From a virus, in the IMG/VR virus record IMGVR_UViG_3300025098_000014: a stretch of DNA of 64,000 nt. One strand, given 5' to 3'. Shown here in pieces: positions 36,477 to 44,829 of this stretch; position 1 is the first letter of the stretch; every line of letters begins with the position of its first letter. Position numbers and translations under genes: made by a program. The notes below the pieces were generated by a model that saw only the letters and a list, made by a program, of their open reading frames with translations, searched no databases and had not been told where the DNA came from.

Positions 36477-37123
36477 TGGCTAGTAACTCATACTTCAGTC
36501 TTCTACCCAACTTCCAGTATATCAATCCAATCCAGGTTGGTGGAAAAAAGAAGCAATATGTAGAAGCAAAAAATCTTTTTCTTAGATTAAAACTAAGAGA
36601 TGCGGTATCTCCATTAGCAACTAATTTTCAAAAATATAATATAAGAGATGATCAAAGACCTGATAGTATTGCTGAAGAGTTGTACGGTGATCCAAATTTT
36701 GATTGGGTAATATTAATTACTGCAAACATCATTAATGTTAAAGATGAATGGCCTCTGTCTAGTAGATTGTTATATGAGGTTATGCTTGATAAGTATCAAG
36801 AGAATCTAAACTCAGTTCGTCACTACGAAACAAAAGAGATTAGAGATAGTAAAGATAGGCTCTTATTACCTGGTGGTAAAGTCGTTGATTCTACTTTTAG
36901 AATCCCAAATCCAGACTCTCCTGGGCAAGAAATTAACCCAACTGTAGCAGTATCTAACTGGTTAGTTGAAGTAAGAAAAAACAATGAAAAACGAACGATC
37001 AAAGTACTTAAAAAAGCGTACTTGACATCGTTCGTTAATGAGGCTAGAGATTTCTTACAGTATCAAGAATCTTCTCAGTATGATCGTCAAACTGGACTTA
37101 AAGTCGCTTTTGACAATTTCTAG
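36476..37123 (+). CDS. gp53: baseplate wedge subunit
   Basis: YF..LP, RPD.IA..LYG....WVIL..NI...EWP, HYET and NNEKR.I motifs. Confidence 0.9.
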   Translation: MASNSYFSLLPNFQYINPIQVGGKKKQYVEAKNLFLRLKLRDAVSPLATNFQKYNIRDDQRPDSIAEELYGDPNFDWVILITANIINVKDEWPLSSRLLYEVMLDKYQENLNSVRHYETKEIRDSKDRLLLPGGKVVDSTFRIPNPDSPGQEINPTVAVSNWLVEVRKNNEKRTIKVLKKAYLTSFVNEARDFLQYQESSQYDRQTGLKVAFDNF

Positions 37124-37524
37124 AGAAGACCTAATAATCCACTAACACTTGTTTCAGATGTGATTGTAGAATAAGGAACTGAAGGATTATCGATAAGACT
37201 AGGAGACTCGCCTCTCATGTTGGCTACTCTCGTTATCTCCTCGTTTTCCTTCTCGTTTGCTAGATAACGACTTTCCAGAATCTGTGTCGTTATTACCTTT
37301 GCACTTGCAATCTCCACATCCACAGTTGAACTTGAGTGGTTGTATTTCCATGCGTTCCTGAATAATGTAGTGGGCAACTCTGTATGAGAAATTAATGCAT
37401 ACTCTGCTGTAGGAACATCTTTAGAGATGATATCTACATCGGAAAGAACGCATTGATCTGATGGAATGACGACATTACAGAATCCGTCATCACCATTGTA
37501 AACAATTACTTGGGTGCGTGACAT
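37120..37524 (-). CDS. hypothetical protein, possibly tail-fibre assembly
   Basis: I..KDVP....Y..I....LP...FRNAW motif. Confidence 0.65.
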   Translation of the reverse strand: MSRTQVIVYNGDDGFCNVVIPSDQCVLSDVDIISKDVPTAEYALISHTELPTTLFRNAWKYNHSSSTVDVEIASAKVITTQILESRYLANEKENEEITRVANMRGESPSLIDNPSVPYSTITSETSVSGLLGLL

Positions 37525-37527
37525 TTA

Positions 37528-37686
37528 TCAAGCAGCAGCGACTACAACATTTTGAGCAGAAGGGAAGAGATGCTTTACTCTTGCTTCTGCCATATCTGCA
37601 GTTTCAGCAACTACTTCAAGTCTTTGAGTATTAGTATTGTCACCATCATCGTATGTGACAACATATCTAGTGCCAGAGAAAGCCAT
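37528..37686 (-). CDS. hypothetical late protein
   Basis: Start MAFSGTRY; TATAAATA at 37730-37737. Confidence 0.6.
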   Translation of the reverse strand: MAFSGTRYVVTYDDGDNTNTQRLEVVAETADMAEARVKHLFPSAQNVVVAAA

Positions 37687-37707
37687 TGTTGAAATGTAAA
37701 AACTACG

Positions 37708-37726
37708 AAAGGGAGGTTGCCCTCCC
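37708..37726 (-). terminator. hairpin after gp32
   Basis: GGGAGG-GCAA-CCTCCC-TTT. Confidence 0.65.
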
Positions 37727-37737
37727 ATATATTTATA

Positions 37738-38622
37738 TTATTCTTCTGCAAGACGCTGGAAGTAAGACAGAGCATCATCTTCACTCTCTTGAGGAGACAT
37801 TTGCTTTGTAGAAGATGCCATAATGTCAGGAGAGTTGAAGTTAGTCTCTTCATCAATAACTTCAGGATCAGGAGCCTTAGGAGTAGAAGCTCCTAGAACA
37901 TAGTTCAGACGAGTCTTCAGTTCATCATAAGATTTAAACTGAGAAGGGTCAACTAATTCTGCAAGAGAATATTCCTTCTTCCAGATTGCTTCCATAGCAT
38001 CATCGTCATCCAGAAGTGGTGCTTGACGAGCAAACTCAGAAGAATCATAGTTCCAGTATCCTGCAACTTTCTTGATCTTGATCTTAAAGTCAGCACCCTG
38101 CCAGAAATCAAAAGGATTGATTGGCTCTTCATCTTCAAACTCTGGTTGCATGGAAGACATAACCTTATCAAAGATTTTCTTACCAAACTTATACAAGAAT
38201 ACACGACCCTCGTTATCAGGATTAGCAGGATCCTTTACCACATAGATGTTTGAGTAGTATGACAATTTACGCTTTTGATCACGGGCAATTGCTTTATCAG
38301 ATTCTACACCACTATTCCAAAGACTGGTATTAAGTTCAGAAACAGGATCTTTACTACCATTAGTAGTCAAAGAGTTTTCAATATACCAACCACCAGGACC
38401 TTTAAATGCATGTGAATACATTTTTGCCCATGGGAGATCTTCTCCATCAGGAGCGGGGAGGAAACGGACAACAGCATATCCGTTACCAGCTTTATCGACT
38501 TCTGGTTTCCAGAGACGCTCGTCAGCTGAGTTACCACCCTTATTGGTTTTCTCTACTTCCTTAACTAATTTCGCTGTTAAGGCACCAAGGGATGACTGCT
38601 TTTTAAGTGATGCAAATGACAT
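37738..38622 (-). CDS. gp32: single-stranded DNA-binding protein
   Basis: DERLWKP..DK.GNG.AV.RFLP, WYIENSLTT, YKFGKKIFDK and acidic tail ...YFQRLAEE. Confidence 0.97.
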   Translation of the reverse strand: MSFASLKKQSSLGALTAKLVKEVEKTNKGGNSADERLWKPEVDKAGNGYAVVRFLPAPDGEDLPWAKMYSHAFKGPGGWYIENSLTTNGSKDPVSELNTSLWNSGVESDKAIARDQKRKLSYYSNIYVVKDPANPDNEGRVFLYKFGKKIFDKVMSSMQPEFEDEEPINPFDFWQGADFKIKIKKVAGYWNYDSSEFARQAPLLDDDDAMEAIWKKEYSLAELVDPSQFKSYDELKTRLNYVLGASTPKAPDPEVIDEETNFNSPDIMASSTKQMSPQESEDDALSYFQRLAEE

Positions 38623-38663
38623 TAGATTTGGCCTGTAATTGGATTTGGCTTGTATACTGGTCT

Positions 38664-38693
38664 ATTATAGGGCGACAGTGCTCCCATTGTCAA
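38664..38693 (-). promoter_or_regulatory. sigma70-type promoter for gp32
   Basis: TTGACA-N18-TATAAT. Confidence 0.8.
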
Positions 38694-39019
38694 GAGATTT
38701 GTGCTCTGACTTTTGTGAGGGTCTTCTGCATATTAGCAAAAAGAACCCCACAGTCAACATCTTGAGGGAAACCCATCAAAATTGCTGATTTACGAACGCT
38801 TTCGCGCATTTCTTGTGCGCGAGGATCATCGGAAAGTGCCATTCTTGTATAAAGATTCCTCTGCTTTTCAAGCAAAAGATCTAGCTTATCAATGTGCTCA
38901 ATTTTTTCTTCACGATCTAATTTTTCAAACGAAAACACTTCAGTATAGATTTCTTCCTGAAGTTCGTTAATTTCATGAATTGCTTCTTGAACAAATTCAG
39001 AATCAAAGAAATCTGACAT
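38690..39019 (-). CDS. DUF1825 family protein
   Basis: MSDFFDSE.VQE...R..LSDDP.A motif. Confidence 0.85.
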   Translation of the reverse strand: MSDFFDSEFVQEAIHEINELQEEIYTEVFSFEKLDREEKIEHIDKLDLLLEKQRNLYTRMALSDDPRAQEMRESVRKSAILMGFPQDVDCGVLFANMQKTLTKVRAQIS

Positions 39020-39042
39020 TTTTACTCTCGTTCTTGGATTAT

Positions 39043-39297
39043 TTAGAGCGGTAATCTTGCTCTGGTGGTCTTTTTCATAAAGTTGAGATCCTGAGCATCA
39101 CGCTTCAGTTTCTCTTTTAATGGTTTTGAGATTAATTTACTGATAGAATCTACTTCTATACTATTTTCTTCACAAAAAAGCACAATAGCTTCAATGTAAT
39201 TCATTTTTTCTTTCAATACAAGAGTCTCAATCTCTAGAGAGAATTTTGTGGCATTCATGAACTTTTTGCCCAGTGCCTTTGTTAATTCATTTTCCAT
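39043..39297 (-). CDS. gp33: late transcription co-activator
   Basis: F..EIE..V...MNYIEAI..FCEEN.IE...LKEK...DA..LN motif. Confidence 0.9.
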   Translation of the reverse strand: MENELTKALGKKFMNATKFSLEIETLVLKEKMNYIEAIVLFCEENSIEVDSISKLISKPLKEKLKRDAQDLNFMKKTTRARLPL

Positions 39298-39946
39298 TTA
39301 AGTGATACTCCGCGAAGTTTCTGATGTATTTGGTAAGTAACTTCATGTACTTAAGTTTATCATACTCTTGGTATACTTTGCAAGACCCATCTTCACAGGC
39401 CATGATAATGACAAACTTTTTGACAGGTGTGCCAGTCAGTTCATAGTACATACAAGCATAAGCAGCACATTGGACAAGATAACCTTCAATCCACTTGTAT
39501 GGTTTAGGTTTTGCCGATGTTTTGAAATCAATAACTGCTAATTCTCCATCATACTCAGCGATACAATCTACAGTTCCAGCAACTCCTAATTGCTCACTGT
39601 ACAAAGATCCTTCTAGAGTATGAATATTACTAATCCGATTTAGATCAGGTTTGGCAATTTTAAACAAAAATTCAGGAAGAGGTTTTACCTTAGGGAGAGT
39701 ATCATTCTTTAGATAATGCTCTGTGAGAGTGTGCATATCTGTACCACGACTCGTAGAGAGTCTAGTCTTTAGATTTGCTGCTTCTTCTCCAACTCTTTTC
39801 CTCCATTTGATGAAAATTTCTCTATTATAAAAACTGATAATAGAGGTAATGGATACCATCTTTGTGTCAGGTGTTTCATAATATCGTACACCATCAATGG
39901 TGTTCCTCTCTAACCGAGGAAGTTCAATTTCAAGATGATTAAACAT
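39287..39946 (-). CDS. exonuclease (PD-(D/E)xK, Cas4-like)
   Basis: RYY.TP, RGT.MH and AGTVDCIAEYDGEL.VIDFKTS motifs. Confidence 0.9.
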   Translation of the reverse strand: MFNHLEIELPRLERNTIDGVRYYETPDTKMVSITSIISFYNREIFIKWRKRVGEEAANLKTRLSTSRGTDMHTLTEHYLKNDTLPKVKPLPEFLFKIAKPDLNRISNIHTLEGSLYSEQLGVAGTVDCIAEYDGELAVIDFKTSAKPKPYKWIEGYLVQCAAYACMYYELTGTPVKKFVIIMACEDGSCKVYQEYDKLKYMKLLTKYIRNFAEYHLNGK

Positions 39947-40698
39947 TACATACCGAGTGCCAATTTAGTAGAAAGATATTCTTTACAGAGACCAGAACGA
40001 ACAATATCATCAACACCAAATTCAATTGATGCGAATGATGGCATTTGCTCTAGAATCTTCATAAAGTCTAGGATGCCATTTTTTTCGTAAGTCTTAGTCA
40101 AATCAGTCTGGGTAGCATCACCACAGAAATGAATTTTAGAATTCTCACCAACTCTAGTAATTATACTATCAAGTTCATGAAAATTCAAGTTTTGACATTC
40201 ATCTACAATGACAATTGCGTCATCGAGAGTAGTTCCACGAATGAATGATGTAGACCAGAAAGAAATAGTCTCTTGCTGCTTCAGATTACCATACAGCATC
40301 TCAAAGTCAGAGTCAGTAGGCATCTCAAACATATATTTTACCATATTCTTATAGGGAATTTGGTAAAGAGCTGACTTATCCTCATGATCTCCAGGAAGAA
40401 AACCAATCTCCCTAGTAGATACTAAAGAACGGACAATATAGATTTTTTGATAAGGAGAATATTCGTCAAGAACATCTTTAATAGCATTATACAGCACGAT
40501 AAAGGTTTTGCCCGTACCAGCTGCTCCATAAGCAAAGATATTTTTTCCCTGAGAATAGTCCTTGAATAGGGTTTCTTGATTATCTGTTAACGGATGAATA
40601 TCAACCAGGAAGTCCGTATTAATAGGTTTCTTCCTTCTCATCTGCTTGCTGGTCATTCCAGCGCCAGCACTTGGATCGGACTTTCTCTTCCTAGGCAT
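39946..40698 (-). CDS. phoH: PhoH family ATPase
   Basis: GAAGTGKT, IGFLPG, RGTT, DECQN and FCGD..Q.DL motifs. Confidence 0.96.
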   Translation of the reverse strand: MPRKRKSDPSAGAGMTSKQMRRKKPINTDFLVDIHPLTDNQETLFKDYSQGKNIFAYGAAGTGKTFIVLYNAIKDVLDEYSPYQKIYIVRSLVSTREIGFLPGDHEDKSALYQIPYKNMVKYMFEMPTDSDFEMLYGNLKQQETISFWSTSFIRGTTLDDAIVIVDECQNLNFHELDSIITRVGENSKIHFCGDATQTDLTKTYEKNGILDFMKILEQMPSFASIEFGVDDIVRSGLCKEYLSTKLALGM

Positions 40699-40701
40699 AA
40701 T

Positions 40702-40956
40702 TTAGTCTAAAGTAAGTTTTTGGCAGTTTTTACCAGTTTTTTGTGCGTTAGCTAATACTTCATTCCAACCGGGTTTAGATTTAAGAAGTTTATCTTTCCA
40801 TTCACCAACTTCACCTACACCAGGCATGGTTGATGGGTCAGAATAATCACGAATCCAATCTGGGTTAGATTCTGTCCAAGAAACCCAGTCATGAACACTC
40901 ATAACTACTTCTTTTTGTTCACCAGTTTCTTTGTTTACTACGGGATAAGTTGCCAT
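40702..40956 (-). CDS. conserved cyanophage hypothetical protein
   Basis: MATYPV.NK.TGEQKE motif; upstream of phoH. Confidence 0.75.
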   Translation of the reverse strand: MATYPVVNKETGEQKEVVMSVHDWVSWTESNPDWIRDYSDPSTMPGVGEVGEWKDKLLKSKPGWNEVLANAQKTGKNCQKLTLD

Positions 40957-40978
40957 AAGAATAATGTTGTAGTTTTAT

Positions 40979-41650
40979 TTAGAGATCGATAAGATTGTCT
41001 GCATCAACATGCCGAATTATATCCTCCGTATTATAAACGATATCAAAGGCAATTGTAATCCTCGGTTCATCATGTTCATGTTTACTTGTACCATGAACTA
41101 ACCATGTTGGGAATAAAGTTATCTCACCTGGGATATTTTGCATCACAATTTCTTCATCGGCACTATTAATATAAGGTGGATAATAAATTGTAGCGGTATC
41201 TTCAGCTTTCACACAAAAGTGACCACTGAGATATGTATGAGGATGTATAGAGTGATTATGATTAGCAATCTTTTCTCCCTTCCTGAGAACATTTGCCCAA
41301 CACCTAACTTTCATTTTCGGCGGTGTATATTCAGGAGCAACATTAGTATGATAGATCTCATGAAATTCTGCAATTTCATCCAACAACTTTTTACACTCAG
41401 GATGATCCCATTTTAATACATTGAAGTATTTAAATCTAGCTGTAAGACTATCATCCCCTAGACTAGTCATTCCATCACTAAGATCCTCTTTATACTCAGA
41501 TATAATCTCCTTTTCTTTTACTAAGATATACTCAGCAAGAGATTCTAAATCAATATCTGATGTTGTTTGAGCAATCGTATAGTCCCAAACAGGAGCAAAT
41601 GGTGTGAAAGGAGGTTCGCATACAAACCTAGTCGCTTTAATTGAGCTCAT
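40979..41650 (-). CDS. putative 2OG-Fe(II) oxygenase (TIGR02466-like)
   Basis: WAN, H.H, LSG, LFP.WL.H and RITIAF motifs. Confidence 0.85.
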   Translation of the reverse strand: MSSIKATRFVCEPPFTPFAPVWDYTIAQTTSDIDLESLAEYILVKEKEIISEYKEDLSDGMTSLGDDSLTARFKYFNVLKWDHPECKKLLDEIAEFHEIYHTNVAPEYTPPKMKVRCWANVLRKGEKIANHNHSIHPHTYLSGHFCVKAEDTATIYYPPYINSADEEIVMQNIPGEITLFPTWLVHGTSKHEHDEPRITIAFDIVYNTEDIIRHVDADNLIDL

Positions 41651-42285
41651 GACCAATTAAGTGCCTTACCTACGGTAGGGTACTGTTCGCAGAAAATGCT
41701 CTTAGCCTGAACTGCGATATCCATGTGCTCTTTCTGAGTGCCATGAGCACTTCTAAGATCGATATAATGGACCCATGAGCGACATGAGCCTGTCATGTAG
41801 ATTTTTGTGGGAGTTGCTAAGGGAAGCACCATTCTAGCGCACTCCTTGGCGATTCCAGCGTCTAGCATGGTCTGATATAGATCCATACCTTCAGTAAAGT
41901 ATTTCTGTATAGCAATCTCAAAAGTTTGCTTTTTGAATGCATCAACATTATCAAGACTATTTTGACGATTCTTATAATCTTGACCACGCAATTCGGGAAT
42001 AGGAATACTACTAGATAACATAGAACTGTCAGCATACCGTTGAGAAAACTCTTGGAATGTGAAACTCCTATGACGAAGCACTTGAGCTGCGATTGCCCTA
42101 GAAGTTTCAATTTCTAAAGTCATGTATGCTTGCTCAAACACAGACCAATGTCCATGATTAATGCAATACTTCAAGAGACCTTCAAAGCTAGGATTATCCT
42201 GATTATTAGGATTTGAAACCCTTGCTATGTACGCCATCGTCTCCTCTGGATTCGGAGTCGATTGAACTAGTCTCACTTTTTCCAT
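41647..42285 (-). CDS. thyX: flavin-dependent thymidylate synthase
   Basis: HWSVFE, RHRSFTFQEFSQRY and KECAR motifs. Confidence 0.97.
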   Translation of the reverse strand: MEKVRLVQSTPNPEETMAYIARVSNPNNQDNPSFEGLLKYCINHGHWSVFEQAYMTLEIETSRAIAAQVLRHRSFTFQEFSQRYADSSMLSSSIPIPELRGQDYKNRQNSLDNVDAFKKQTFEIAIQKYFTEGMDLYQTMLDAGIAKECARMVLPLATPTKIYMTGSCRSWVHYIDLRSAHGTQKEHMDIAVQAKSIFCEQYPTVGKALNWS

Positions 42286-42427
42286 GATTTCCTTTCAGTT
42301 GTTTTAATTTTAAACCTTTTTTAGCAACTTTCTTTGCTTTCTTCATATACAAAAGTTCCTCTTCAGTATATAACCAAGGATTCTTAAGAGCTTCCTTGGT
42401 TAACCGAATTGTATCCTTCATCCGCAT
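42206..42427 (-). CDS. hypothetical basic protein
   Basis: K.ALKNP.LYTEEEL.YM motif; overlaps the thyX start. Confidence 0.55.
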   Translation of the reverse strand: MRMKDTIRLTKEALKNPWLYTEEELLYMKKAKKVAKKGLKLKQLKGNHGKSETSSIDSESRGDDGVHSKGFKS

Positions 42428-42656
42428 AATAGACCTCGTAATACTTGATAATTCCGTGGGTGATCATATTACCTTGTGACACCCAATCATGGGCACACTC
42501 ATAAATGGACCTGTTACTATATTTAGGTTGACCACTGGGATCTAACTCCCTTCCAAATCTTTCAAGTAGAGTGTTGAGAGCACTAGCCCTCACTTGCATC
42601 TTATCTGGCGTATACCGCCAATCAGTCGGGATATCCGTCATCGTCTCCATCAGCAA
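42384..42656 (-). CDS. hypothetical protein
   Basis: DWRY and IYECAHDWVSQG motifs. Confidence 0.65.
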   Translation of the reverse strand: MLMETMTDIPTDWRYTPDKMQVRASALNTLLERFGRELDPSGQPKYSNRSIYECAHDWVSQGNMITHGIIKYYEVYYADEGYNSVNQGSS

Positions 42657-42792
42657 AGTACTCTACTGGATCATCAAGATTTTCTCGCGTATCTTGTTGA
42701 TATGCTTCTTTATTGGAAAATACTTCAGATTCCAATTCCTGAACGAGGGCTTTCATGGTTAAGACTAGACCCTTTAAAACTTGTCTATCCAT
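42622..42792 (-). CDS. hypothetical acidic protein
   Basis: MDRQVLK...LESEV.S...DDDGYPD. Confidence 0.7.
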   Translation of the reverse strand: MDRQVLKGLVLTMKALVQELESEVFSNKEAYQQDTRENLDDPVEYFADGDDDGYPD

Positions 42793-42813
42793 CAGAATAA
42801 TAAGGTTTTGTCT

Positions 42814-42852
42814 ATTATACACAAAAAAGGGGTCCCCGTCAAGGAACCCCTT
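42814..42852 (-). terminator. terminator overlapping a sigma70 promoter
   Basis: GGGGTTCC-TTGACG-GGGACCCC-TTTTTT, with TTGACG-N17-TATAAT running through the hairpin. Confidence 0.75.
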
Positions 42853-42869
42853 TATCTATGTAAGCGTGA

Positions 42870-43037
42870 TCACTTGCTATAAGTTCTACCGCGATAGCAG
42901 AAAGTCCCGTGAGACTCTTTACTTTCTACACAACGGGTAGAATACTCAACACCACGATATGAAGTGTGGGTAATCTGTGCGTCATGCAAAGCAGATGCTT
43001 TTTGAATCTGCTTGCGAATGAGATTAAGTGTGTTCAT
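42870..43037 (-). CDS. DUF4278-like small protein
   Basis: Start MNTLNLI after AGGAG; two YRG motifs (YRGVEY, YRGRTY). Confidence 0.8.
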   Translation of the reverse strand: MNTLNLIRKQIQKASALHDAQITHTSYRGVEYSTRCVESKESHGTFCYRGRTYSK

Positions 43038-43069
43038 GTTGTTACTCCTGAAGTTAGGGTGGTTTAATC

Positions 43070-43301
43070 CCCGTTCCTTCAGTCGTTTGCGTCCCAATAC
43101 CACTGACATTCTGGTGCTGAGTCCTTAAGGGTCTCAACTAACTCAACCTTAAGTGAATTACTAAGGTTAGTATTGTTCTCAATCTTCAACATAATAGCAT
43201 CAGTTTGAGTGCAACTGAGTGTTGTATAGAATAACAGTTCTAGCATGGGATGAACGGCTCCGTTCCGCGACTTACTTGCGTCCCACAGAGTGGGATGAAC
43301 G
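43070..43301 (-). ncRNA. double glutamine-riboswitch-like RNA (glnA / Downstream-peptide class)
   Basis: Two CGUUCAUCCCA...UGGGACGCAA...GGAACGG units; E-loop AGUA/GAA; sigma70 promoter directly upstream and DUF4278 gene downstream. Confidence 0.8.
43079..43246 (-). CDS. 55-aa ORF nested in the riboswitch loop
   Basis: Manual translation MLELLFYTTLSCTQTDAIMLKIENNTNLSNSLKVELVETLKDSAPECQWYWDAND; GGAG 11 nt upstream. Confidence 0.7.
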   Translation of the reverse strand: MLELLFYTTLSCTQTDAIMLKIENNTNLSNSLKVELVETLKDSAPECQWYWDAND

Positions 43302-43309
43302 ACAGGTCT

Positions 43310-43338
43310 ATTATAGACCTCATACTGTATTTAGTCAA
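43310..43338 (-). promoter_or_regulatory. sigma70 promoter for the riboswitch transcript
   Basis: TTGACT-N17-TATAAT, with an overlapping late-type CTAAATA; +1 predicted near 43303. Confidence 0.75.
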
Positions 43339-43349
43339 CCCTATAGAGC

Positions 43350-43378
43350 AAAAAAAACCCGGAGATTTTTTCCCCGGA
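43350..43378 (-). terminator. rho-independent terminator
   Basis: CCGGGGA-AAAAA-TCTCCGG-G followed by T8. Confidence 0.75.
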
Positions 43379-43399
43379 TTCTTGAAATTAAAAGTTGAA

Positions 43400-43696
43400 T
43401 TACTTTTTGGATTCTTTAACCTTACTTTTGTACCCATACATTTTTGGATTGATTCTACCCTCAGTTTGAATCCACCCCTTAAATCCTTTTTTATACTTAT
43501 CGTAATAAAAATCAAAAAGATCTACTTGCTTATAAGCTGAGGAAATATCATATTTTTTATTTCCCTCTGAATCATAGTATTCCACTAAAAAAGCAGAATT
43601 TGGCAAACTTTTATCATTTGCCAATTCAGGATCACAATCCTCATGTAGGATACTTACTCTGTCATTGCTCAATTTACTCAACGCCGTCCACCCCAC
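43400..43696 (-). CDS. hypothetical protein
   Basis: Conserved-looking DCDP.LA.DK.LP...FD.YYD...TEGR.NP pattern. Confidence 0.7.
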   Translation of the reverse strand: MGWTALSKLSNDRVSILHEDCDPELANDKSLPNSAFLVEYYDSEGNKKYDISSAYKQVDLFDFYYDKYKKGFKGWIQTEGRINPKMYGYKSKVKESKK

Positions 43697-44130
43697 TCAA
43701 CATCTGGATAAGCCTCTTTTACTACATTATGAGTAATGCGGTATTTTTTACTCAGATTCTTATCCTTAACCAGACAGACAATTTCTGCCTCATCAGGGTG
43801 CAGAGACTCTAACAACTCAATGAATAGAGACTCTCTACGAGTACGCTTAAGACTATCGTTACCACCCTTTACATAGTTATAGAGGGTTCTATACGAACTA
43901 GCTAACTTACTTTGACTATCTACAGTAGGAGATTCATTTGGTTTGTATGGGACTTCACCGTCAGGAATAGCACTTTCAATACTCTCATCGAAATTCCACA
44001 CAAAAAGGGATACTAGTGCTGGAGATCTATGCTCCTTAAGCAAATTAATTTTTGCTGATTTTGTTTTAGCACTAGATACCGCTTGCAAAATTTCAGATTG
44101 GAGCGGATGTGGAGGTAATTTTGTGGCCAT
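43678..44130 (-). CDS. conserved T4-like hypothetical protein (DUF6433-like)
   Basis: RRE..FI.LLE.LHP.EA motif. Confidence 0.8.
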   Translation of the reverse strand: MATKLPPHPLQSEILQAVSSAKTKSAKINLLKEHRSPALVSLFVWNFDESIESAIPDGEVPYKPNESPTVDSQSKLASSYRTLYNYVKGGNDSLKRTRRESLFIELLESLHPDEAEIVCLVKDKNLSKKYRITHNVVKEAYPDVEWGGRR

Positions 44131-44146
44131 AATTTTAAATTAATAA

Positions 44147-44368
44147 TTAGTCTTCGTCTTCTTCGTTCTCGTTGAAGCGAAAAGCGATTAGTGAATCGGG
44201 GAGGACATTGCCATATTCATCGTACATTTCTGGATGAAGGACTTGCTGTTGCTCTGGACGATCATGATTATACATCATATACTCTCTAAGTACCCATCCT
44301 AACATACAACCAACGATTAAAGCACCTAGGACTAAGAATGATCCTACGACTAAACTGACTGCTAGCAT
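44147..44368 (-). CDS. small membrane protein
   Basis: N-terminal TM segment; HPEMYDE.G motif. Confidence 0.7.
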   Translation of the reverse strand: MLAVSLVVGSFLVLGALIVGCMLGWVLREYMMYNHDRPEQQQVLHPEMYDEYGNVLPDSLIAFRFNENEEDED

Positions 44369-44372
44369 TTTC

Positions 44373-44570
44373 CTATTCTCCTTTTGGAATATCTTTTTTG
44401 ATATCCAGATTAATTTCTAGATAAAAATGGAATTCTCTCTTAAAAAACCGGATCATATTTCCAAAAATTACTTGGAAAGTTTTCGGTTTTTCTTTCTCTT
44501 TTCCTCCGCTGAGAATAAATTCAATCCCACGATTTGGGTTGATATCATTATTTAGTTCTGGTTCAGACAA
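44373..44570 (-). CDS. hypothetical protein
   Basis: 65-aa ORF in the operon. Confidence 0.6.
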   Translation of the reverse strand: MSEPELNNDINPNRGIEFILSGGKEKEKPKTFQVIFGNMIRFFKREFHFYLEINLDIKKDIPKGE

Positions 44571-44793
44571 GATTCTGCTCTTTAAAATACCTCACTGTGT
44601 CGGCAGCTCCTCCAACAACTGTATCATTGTGGACTACCTGAGGAAAGTACTGGGTCTTGAATTCGTTTTCAAATTCTTCAATAGTAAAATCTTGATTCAG
44701 AGTGTAAACCACATGCTTTTGCTCTGTGATTTCCATGAGCTGTTTTACCTGACGGCAGTGTCCGCAACCAGGCATTGAGTAGATTGTAAACAT
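44563..44793 (-). CDS. nrdC: glutaredoxin
   Basis: CGHC, FPQV and GG motifs. Confidence 0.88.
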   Translation of the reverse strand: MFTIYSMPGCGHCRQVKQLMEITEQKHVVYTLNQDFTIEEFENEFKTQYFPQVVHNDTVVGGAADTVRYFKEQNLV

Positions 44794-44829
44794 AATCGAT
44801 TTCTACCTACAAATAGATTTATAAAAAAA

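Noticed and set aside
39287-39946. Cas4-like nuclease as evidence of CRISPR-Cas
   Set aside because: Standard cyanophage exonuclease between phoH and gp33; no array or other cas genes.
43240-43540. ORF-track calls 43240..43515 (-) and 43250..43540 (+)
   Set aside because: They cross a terminator, a promoter and the riboswitch, and overlap a better gene; the real small ORF is 43079..43246.
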